A stretch of DNA of 40,151 bases from Myxococcales bacterium (GTDB lineage Bacteria > Myxococcota_A > Polyangia > Haliangiales > Haliangiaceae): NCBI GenBank assembly GCA_043737575.1, contig JAYTAJ010000457.1, positions 1 to 40,151 of the forward strand, given 5' to 3'. Below the pieces are notes generated by a model, which saw nothing but the letters and a program-made list of their open reading frames with translations, searched no databases and had not been told where the DNA came from. Of the stretch, positions 28,559 to 34,921 are shown piece by piece (positions within the stretch are counted from its first letter, which is position 1; each line of letters begins with the position of its first letter). A program made the translations under genes and the position numbers.

Positions 28559-29174
28559 GGTCGACGCCGTCGACGGTGCCGATCAGCGCCGACAGCTCGC
28601 GGTACCAGCGCGTCGCCGCCGCGGTGCGGCCGGGCAGGGCGCTGGTGCCCCACACCACCGACAAGGTCGTGCGCGTGGTCGCGCTGGTCTTGGTCACCTG
28701 CGCGTCCTTCACCGCGGTGCCGCATGGACCGGTCGCGTCGCACAGCGCGAGCAGACCCGCGGCGTCGATGACCTGGCCCGACGGGTTGAAGACGTAGCTG
28801 GTCGGCGTCGGGCACACGCCGATCGACAGCGGCGCGGTCGCGCGATCGAGATCGATCACGCTGATCGGCAGGCCGCTGTGGAGCGACACCAGGTTGCAGA
28901 CGTCGACGACCGGGTTGAGCGCGGGGAAGCGGCCCTCGGCCTGGGCCTGCGCGAGGTACTCCGACGCCGGCTTGCCGCGGCCCGACGGCTTGTAGCCGCC
29001 GTGACGGAGCAGCCCGCGGACCGCGGTGCGCACCGCGTCGTCGACGGTGAGGCCGGGCGGCGGCGCGGCCGGCAGCGCGGGCGCGGGTAGCTCGGCGAGC
29101 GGGGCGTGGAGGCGCGTGACGAACGCGCCGACCTCGAGCAACGGATGGGACGCGACCGCGATCGTGATCGTCAT
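28548..29174 (-). CDS. B3/B4 tRNA-binding-domain protein (PheT B3_4-like, stand-alone)
   Basis: Track ORF with an ATG start. The pattern RGLLRHGGYKPSGRGKPASEYLAQAQAEGRFPALNPVVDVCNLVSLHSGLPISVIDLD matches the stand-alone B3/4 domain family. The 3' end overlaps the convergent upstream gene by 11 nt. Confidence 0.6.
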   Translation of the reverse strand: MTITIAVASHPLLEVGAFVTRLHAPLAELPAPALPAAPPPGLTVDDAVRTAVRGLLRHGGYKPSGRGKPASEYLAQAQAEGRFPALNPVVDVCNLVSLHSGLPISVIDLDRATAPLSIGVCPTPTSYVFNPSGQVIDAAGLLALCDATGPCGTAVKDAQVTKTSATTRTTLSVVWGTSALPGRTAAATRWYRELSALIGTVDGVDLTT

Positions 29175-29202
29175 GAGAGAGGCATGCTACCAACTGCCCT
29201 GC

Positions 29203-30786
29203 ATGACCGCCGCGCGCTGGGACGCGATCATCGTCGGCAGCGGCTTCGGCGGCGCGATGGTCGCGCACCGCCTGCTCGCGGCCGGCGCGCGGGTCCTGAT
29301 GATCGAGCGCGGCGACTGGGTCGAGCGCGGCCCGGCGGCGTGGGAGCCGGCGGCGTCGCTCGAGCTGACCCGCCACTACGATCGCGAGATCCCGTACCGC
29401 TGCGTCGCCGGCGGCTACGGCGGCGAGATCGCCGGCTACGCCTGCGTCGGCGGCCCGTCGGTGTTCTACGGCTGCGTGTCGTTCCGCTTCCGCGAGCGCG
29501 ACTTCACCGGCGACCCCGACGTCGTCGCCGACTCGGGCGCGCAGTGGCCGTTCGGCTACGACGAGCTCGAGCCGTACTACGGCGAGGCCGAGGGCCTGCT
29601 GTCGATCGCCGGCGACGATGCCGGCGATCCGACCGCGCCGCGCCGCTCGACGCCGTACCCCCAGGCGCCGGCGCCGCTCGCGCCGATCTCGCAGCGCATC
29701 GCCGCCGCCGCCCGGGCCGCCGGGGCGTCGCCGTTCGCGCTGCCGCTGGCGATCAACCACGGCACCGGCCCGCGGCCGGCCGGGCTGTCCGGAAACCGGA
29801 CGGCCTGTGTCGCGTGCCGGACCTGCGACACCTTCGGCTGCGCCATCGAGGCCAAGAACGACGTCGCGACCATGATGATCGCGCCGATGGTGGCGCGCGG
29901 CCTGACCCTGTGGCCGAAGACCGTCGTCACCCGCATCGTCACCGCCGGCGATCGCGCGGTCGGCCTCGAGGTCTGCCGCCGCGACGACGGCGCGATCGAG
30001 CGGGTCGCCGCCGATCAGATCATCCTCGCCGCCGGCGCCCTCGGCACGCCGCACCTGCTGCTCGCGTCGGAGCTGGAGGCGCGCTCGCCCGCGCCGGCCG
30101 CGGTCGGTCGCTACCTCACGCGGCACGCCAACGCGATGGTGTTCGGCTTCTACCCGCGCCGCCCCGATCGCGAGCGGGTGTTCCACAAGCAGCTCGCGAT
30201 CCACGACTGGTACTTCGGCGCCGATGGCAAGGACGCCGTCGGGCTCGGCAAGCTCGGCGGCGTGCAGCAGGTGATGACGCCGCCGCGCCAGCTGGTGCGC
30301 GCGCATCTGCCGCCGGTGGTGCGCGGCCCGATCGGCGCGCTCACCGAGCAGCTCACCGGCCTCCTGTGCATCGCCGAGGATCAGCCGCAGCGCGGCAACG
30401 GCGTCACCGTCGATCGCGATCGCCGCGATCGCTTCGGCCTGCCGCAGCTGGTGATCGAGCATCGCTACAGCGCGCGCGATCGCCGCGCCGTCGGCGTGCT
30501 GGTGCGCCGCGCCAAGCGGGTGCTGCGCGGCAGCGGCGCGTGGTTCTTCCACACCCACGGCATCAAGACCTTCTCCCATGTGCTCGGCACCGTGCGCATG
30601 GGCCGCGACGCCGCGACCGCGCCCGTCGACGCGGCCGGACGGTTCCGCGGCGTCGGCGGCCTGTGGATCGCCGACGGCAGCGCGCTGCCGCTGTCGGCCG
30701 GCGTCAACCCCAGCCTGACGATCGCGGCGACCGCGCTGCGCACCGCCGACTTCGTGACCGGCGCGCGGCGCGCGGAGGACGCGTGA
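29203..30786 (+). CDS. GMC-family FAD-dependent oxidoreductase
   Basis: In-frame ATG at 29203 in track ORF 29026..30786 (MTAARWDAIIVGSGFGGAMVAHRL). An alternative ATG at 29173 forms the palindrome TCATGA with the divergent start. Motifs: GxGxxG, mid-protein Cys pattern CVACRTCDTFGCAIEAKND, and C-terminal GTVRMG and IADGSALPLSAGVNPSLTI. Confidence 0.8.
   Translation: MTAARWDAIIVGSGFGGAMVAHRLLAAGARVLMIERGDWVERGPAAWEPAASLELTRHYDREIPYRCVAGGYGGEIAGYACVGGPSVFYGCVSFRFRERDFTGDPDVVADSGAQWPFGYDELEPYYGEAEGLLSIAGDDAGDPTAPRRSTPYPQAPAPLAPISQRIAAAARAAGASPFALPLAINHGTGPRPAGLSGNRTACVACRTCDTFGCAIEAKNDVATMMIAPMVARGLTLWPKTVVTRIVTAGDRAVGLEVCRRDDGAIERVAADQIILAAGALGTPHLLLASELEARSPAPAAVGRYLTRHANAMVFGFYPRRPDRERVFHKQLAIHDWYFGADGKDAVGLGKLGGVQQVMTPPRQLVRAHLPPVVRGPIGALTEQLTGLLCIAEDQPQRGNGVTVDRDRRDRFGLPQLVIEHRYSARDRRAVGVLVRRAKRVLRGSGAWFFHTHGIKTFSHVLGTVRMGRDAATAPVDAAGRFRGVGGLWIADGSALPLSAGVNPSLTIAATALRTADFVTGARRAEDA
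29781..29802. repeat. 22-nt exact repeat CGGGCTGTCCGGAAACCGGACG (copy 2, inside the GMC oxidoreductase gene)
   Basis: It is identical to 15099-15120. Here it is read on the plus strand as GLSGNRT, whereas copy 1 is read on the minus strand as RPVSGQP. Confidence 0.8.
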
Positions 30787-31757
30787 AGATCGTCCTGCTC
30801 GGCGCCGGTCGGGTCGCGCGGCGCCACGGCACCCTGCTGCGCAAGCTCGGCGGCGCCGAGGTCTGGATCGCGTCGCGCGATCGCGCCCGCGCCGAGGCGA
30901 TGCGCGCGGCGGTGAAGGCGGCGGGCGTGTTCGCCAGCTACGACGACGCCTACGCCAGCGACGCCGACGTCGTCGCGATCCTGACGCCGCCGCACCTGCA
31001 CAAGCCGCAGGCCCTCGCGGCGCTCGCGAGCGGCAAGCACATCGTCCTCGAGAAGCCGCCGTTGCCGCGGGCCGCCGACTTCGACGAGGTCGCCGCCGCC
31101 GCGCGCGCCGTGGACCGCCGGGTCTTCGTCGCCGAGAACTACTTCTACAAGCCGGTCCTGGCCCGGCTGCGCGCGCTGCTCGCCGATCGGGTCGTCGGCG
31201 ATCCGCTGTTCATCCACGTCAACGCGATCAAGCGTCAGCGCATCGCGGAGGACGACTGGCGCGCCGATCCGACCCGCGCCCTCGGCGGCGCGCTGTACGA
31301 GGGTGGCATCCACTGGATCGACTTCATGGCCAACCTCGGCCTCGAGGTCGAGCGGGTCCGCGGCTTCGCGCCGCGCCCGCAGCCCGGCCAGCCCGAGACC
31401 AGCATGATGGTCGGCTTCGACTACCGCGAGGGCGCGGTCGGCATGCTGTCGTACTCGTGGGAGGTGCCGTCGACGTTCCACGGCGTCCGGCTGTCGAAGA
31501 TCTACGGCCGCGGCGGCACGATCACGTTCGAGTCGAACGGGCTGTGGCTGTTCGCGCACGGCACCCGGACCCGACCGTACTTTCCCGGCGTGCGCGATCT
31601 CGCCGGCTACCGCGCGATGTGGCGCGACTTCCTCGGCGCCTGGCGCGACGGCCGCGACGCCGCCTTCACGCTCGATCGCGCGCGCCGCGATCTCGAGCTG
31701 ATCGAGGCCGCCTACGCGAGCGCAGGCCTGCCACTTCCTGCTACGCCTTCGCCGTGA
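30783..31757 (+). CDS. Gfo/Idh/MocA-family NAD(P)-dependent oxidoreductase
   Basis: Last 324 aa of track ORF 29106..31757. The GTG at 30783 overlaps the upstream stop (GTGA). Motifs: Rossmann N-terminus KIVLLGAGRVARRH, the EKP motif (HIVLEKPP), and ENYFYKP. Confidence 0.75.
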   Translation: MKIVLLGAGRVARRHGTLLRKLGGAEVWIASRDRARAEAMRAAVKAAGVFASYDDAYASDADVVAILTPPHLHKPQALAALASGKHIVLEKPPLPRAADFDEVAAAARAVDRRVFVAENYFYKPVLARLRALLADRVVGDPLFIHVNAIKRQRIAEDDWRADPTRALGGALYEGGIHWIDFMANLGLEVERVRGFAPRPQPGQPETSMMVGFDYREGAVGMLSYSWEVPSTFHGVRLSKIYGRGGTITFESNGLWLFAHGTRTRPYFPGVRDLAGYRAMWRDFLGAWRDGRDAAFTLDRARRDLELIEAAYASAGLPLPATPSP

Positions 31758-32581
31758 GCTACGTCGTCGCCACGCTGATCGGGCTCCTCGCAGGCCTCCA
31801 CACCTGCACGTGGGGCATGTACAAGGACGCGCCGCACGAGGGCTTCTCGTGGCCGAAGTACTTCCGCTCGGCGATCGTCGGGTCGGTGCTGGGCGCGATC
31901 GCGCACTACTTCACGCAGTGGGATCTGGTCCACGATCCGGGCAAACGGTTCCTGTACTGGGGTCTCCTGTACTGCCTCGAGCGCGCCGCGACCGAGTTCT
32001 GGAAGTACTTCATCCGCGAGGAAGACCAGAGCAAGTACTTCATCCCGATGCAGTTCGGGATCATGGGCGTGCCGATGAAGGATCCGCGCAAGCGCATCCC
32101 GATCGGCCTCGCGGTCGCGGCGATCTGCGTCGGGCTGTTCTTCGGGCTGCGGGCGCTGAACCACCGCTATCCCGACGTGCCGACCTGGATCTTGATCCTC
32201 ACCGTCGGCAGCGTGTTCGGCTGGATCTCGGCGTTCGGCGGCGCGTGGAAGGACGCGCCGATCGAGGGCTTCGAGACCTTCAAGTTCTTCCGCAGCCCGG
32301 GTGTCGCCGCGGCGTGGGCCGCGATCTGCGCGTTGTTCACCCGCGAGTGGGTGGTGCTCGCGATCGCTGCCGAGGGCTTCACCGTCGCCGGGATCGAGAC
32401 CTACAAGACGTTCTTCTTCCCCAACAAGCCGCGCGGCAAGTTCGCGGGCAAGCCGATCACGCATCCGCAGTACCTGACCTTCCGCTACAAGTTCGTGCCG
32501 CTGTACGCGGGGATCTGGGTGCTGGTGTTCATCCACCTGGCGTGGGGCATCGCCCGCGGGACGCTGCCGTACCAGTGGTGA
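31754..32581 (+). CDS. Integral membrane protein of unknown function with internal two-fold duplication (KDAPxEGF...FRS motif twice)
   Basis: Last 275 aa of track ORF 31457..32581. The GTG at 31754 overlaps the upstream stop (GTGA). WGMYKDAPHEGFSWPKYFRSAIVGSVLGAIAHYF (from nt 31811) repeats as GGAWKDAPIEGFETFKFFRSPGVAAAWAAICALF (nt ~32240-32340). There are several TM segments. The gene is visibly less GC-rich and rich in Phe/Tyr/Lys. Confidence 0.7.
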   Translation: MSYVVATLIGLLAGLHTCTWGMYKDAPHEGFSWPKYFRSAIVGSVLGAIAHYFTQWDLVHDPGKRFLYWGLLYCLERAATEFWKYFIREEDQSKYFIPMQFGIMGVPMKDPRKRIPIGLAVAAICVGLFFGLRALNHRYPDVPTWILILTVGSVFGWISAFGGAWKDAPIEGFETFKFFRSPGVAAAWAAICALFTREWVVLAIAAEGFTVAGIETYKTFFFPNKPRGKFAGKPITHPQYLTFRYKFVPLYAGIWVLVFIHLAWGIARGTLPYQW

Positions 32582-33270
32582 CCGTCGACGACCTCGGCCT
32601 GCCGATCGGCCCGCGGATCGACGTGACGCCGGCGCGGCGGCCCGAGCGGGTCGTGCTCGACGGCCGCTACGGCCGCCTCGAGCCGCTCGATCCCGATCGC
32701 CACGCTGCCGCGCTGTTCGCGGCCGCGACCGCGCCGGGCGCCGCCGCGCGCCACCGCTACCTGTTCGCCGACGTCCCCGACGACGAGGCGACGTATCGCC
32801 GATCGCTCGACCATCAGGCCCGCACCGCCGATCCGCTGGTGTTCGCGGTGGTCGATCGCGCGACCGGCCGCGCCGAGGGCCAGCAGTCGCTGATGCGGAT
32901 CACGCCCGAGCACCGCTCGATCGAGATCGGCTCGATCCTGTGGGGCCCCGCGATCGCGCGGACCCGGGTCGCGACCGAGGCCAACTTCCTGTTCGCGCGC
33001 TACGCGTTCGACACGCTCGGCTACCGCCGCTACGAGTGGAAGTGCGACGCGCTCAACGCGCCGTCGCGCCGCGCCGCGCTGCGCTTCGGCTTCCAGTTCG
33101 AGGGCGTGTTCCGCCGCCACCTGATCGTGAAGGGCCGCTCGCGAGACACCGCCTGGTACGCGATCACCGACGACGACTGGCCCCGCCTCCGCGCCGCCTA
33201 CCAGCGCTGGCTCGACCCGGGCAACTTCGACGCCGACGGCGTCCAGCGATCGGCGCTGACGACCGGTTGA
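32578..33270 (+). CDS. GNAT-family N-acetyltransferase (RimJ/RimL-like)
   Basis: Last 230 aa of track ORF 31810..33270. The GTG at 32578 overlaps the upstream stop (GTGA). The pattern SIEIGSILWGPAIARTRVATEANFLFARYAFDTLGYRRYEWKCDALNAPSRRAALRFGFQFEGVFR is typical of RimJ-type GNATs. Confidence 0.7.
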   Translation: MTVDDLGLPIGPRIDVTPARRPERVVLDGRYGRLEPLDPDRHAAALFAAATAPGAAARHRYLFADVPDDEATYRRSLDHQARTADPLVFAVVDRATGRAEGQQSLMRITPEHRSIEIGSILWGPAIARTRVATEANFLFARYAFDTLGYRRYEWKCDALNAPSRRAALRFGFQFEGVFRRHLIVKGRSRDTAWYAITDDDWPRLRAAYQRWLDPGNFDADGVQRSALTTG

Positions 33271-33301
33271 CGGCGCGGCCGGCGACGACGACGCTGGCGC
33301 C

Positions 33302-34789
33302 ATGGGATTCCCCGAGTACGGCGATCACGATGCGATGGGGCTGGCCGAGCTGGTGCGGACGCGCGCGGTGCATCCGCGCGACCTGGTCGCCGAGGCGATC
33401 GCGCGCATCGAGCGCGACAACCCGCGGGTGAACGCCGTCATCCACCGCATGTACGAGTCGGCCCGGCGCGAGGCCGAGCTGCCGGTCAGCGGCCCGTTCG
33501 GCGGCGTGCCGTTCCTCGCCAAGGATCTGCTGTCGATGTGGCAGGGCGAGCCGCAGGCGTCGGGCACGCGGTTCCAGGTCGGCTGGGTCGCGCCCCACGA
33601 CAGCGAGCTGACGACGCGGTACCGCAAGAGCGGCGTCATCTGCGTCGGCAAGACCAACACACCCGAGCTGGGCATCCTGCCGACCACCGAGCCGGCCGCG
33701 TTCGGGCCGACCCACAACCCGTGGGACCTGACCCGATCGCCGGGCGGATCGAGCGGCGGCTCGGGCGCGGCGGTCGCCGCCGGCTTCGTGCCGATGGCGG
33801 GCGGCGGTGACGGTGGCGGATCGATCCGCATCCCGTCGTCGTGCTGCGGGCTGTTCGGGCTGAAGCCGACCCGCGGTCGCACGCCGATGGGCCCCGATCA
33901 CGGCGAGGCGTGGCAGGGCTGCGCGATCGAACACGTGCTGACGCGATCGGTGCGCGACTCGGCGGCGATGCTCGACGCGATCCACGGCGCCGATCCCGGC
34001 GCGCCGTACCACGCGCCCGCGCCGAAGCGGCCGTTCCTCGACGAGGTCGGCGCCGCGCCCGGCCGCCTGACGATCGCGTTCACCACCCGCGCGCTGATCG
34101 AGGCCGAGGTCCATCCCGCGTGCGTCGCCGCCGCCGAGCGCACCGTCGCGCTGTTGCGCGAGCTCGGCCACGACGTCGTCGAGGCCCACCCCGAGCTCGA
34201 CAGCGCGCAGCTCGCCAACGACTTCGTGACGATGCTGGTCGGCGAGGTCGCGGCCGAGGTGGCGCAGGCCGAGGCCCGGCTCGGCCGCAAGGTGAAGCGC
34301 GGCGATCTCGAGAAGGAGACCGCGATGCTCCATCGCATGGGCCGCGCGGTGCCCGCGGTCGACTTCGCGCTGGCGTCGCGGCGCCTGCACGCGATCGGCC
34401 GCCAGGTCGCGGGCTTCTTCGCACGCTTCGATCTGCTGCTGACGCCGACTCTGGCGCAGCCGCCGCTGGTGCTGGGCTCGCTGGCGACCCGCGGCGCCGA
34501 GGCCGCGGTGCTCGCGGTCGCCGAGCGCTTGCCGATCGCGAAGCTGCTGCGCCGCCTCGGCGGCGTCGAGCGCATCGCCGCCAAGGCGTGGAGCTTCACG
34601 CCGAACACCGCGGTGTGGAACGCGACCGGTCAGCCCGCGTGCAGCGTGCCGATGCACTGGACCGCCGAGGGCCTGCCGATCGGCGTCCAGCTGGTCGGAC
34701 GGTTCGGCGACGAGGCGACGCTCTTGCGGGTCGCGTCGCAGCTCGAGCGCGCTCAGCCGTGGCGCGATCGCAAGCCGCCGACGCCGTAG
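33302..34789 (+). CDS. Amidase-signature (AS) family amidase
   Basis: Track ORF with an ATG start. AS motifs: GVPFLAKD (catalytic Lys context), GKTNTPELG, and [14 protein letters not shown]...[16 protein letters not shown] (Ser-cisSer). Confidence 0.85.
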   Translation: MGFPEYGDHDAMGLAELVRTRAVHPRDLVAEAIARIERDNPRVNAVIHRMYESARREAELPVSGPFGGVPFLAKDLLSMWQGEPQASGTRFQVGWVAPHDSELTTRYRKSGVICVGKTNTPELGILPTTEPAAFGPTHNPWDLTRSPGGSSGGSGAAVAAGFVPMAGGGDGGGSIRIPSSCCGLFGLKPTRGRTPMGPDHGEAWQGCAIEHVLTRSVRDSAAMLDAIHGADPGAPYHAPAPKRPFLDEVGAAPGRLTIAFTTRALIEAEVHPACVAAAERTVALLRELGHDVVEAHPELDSAQLANDFVTMLVGEVAAEVAQAEARLGRKVKRGDLEKETAMLHRMGRAVPAVDFALASRRLHAIGRQVAGFFARFDLLLTPTLAQPPLVLGSLATRGAEAAVLAVAERLPIAKLLRRLGGVERIAAKAWSFTPNTAVWNATGQPACSVPMHWTAEGLPIGVQLVGRFGDEATLLRVASQLERAQPWRDRKPPTP

Positions 34790-34921
34790 CGCGCGTCGCA
34801 GGACGACCACGGACCTGTCACGTGCGCGACGCGATCCGGCTCTGCGACCCCGCGATTGGCGCGCTCGGTTACAGCCAATCGACGACGGGAAGCAAGCCGC
34901 GCGCGCGCGCGTAGAAGAGGT

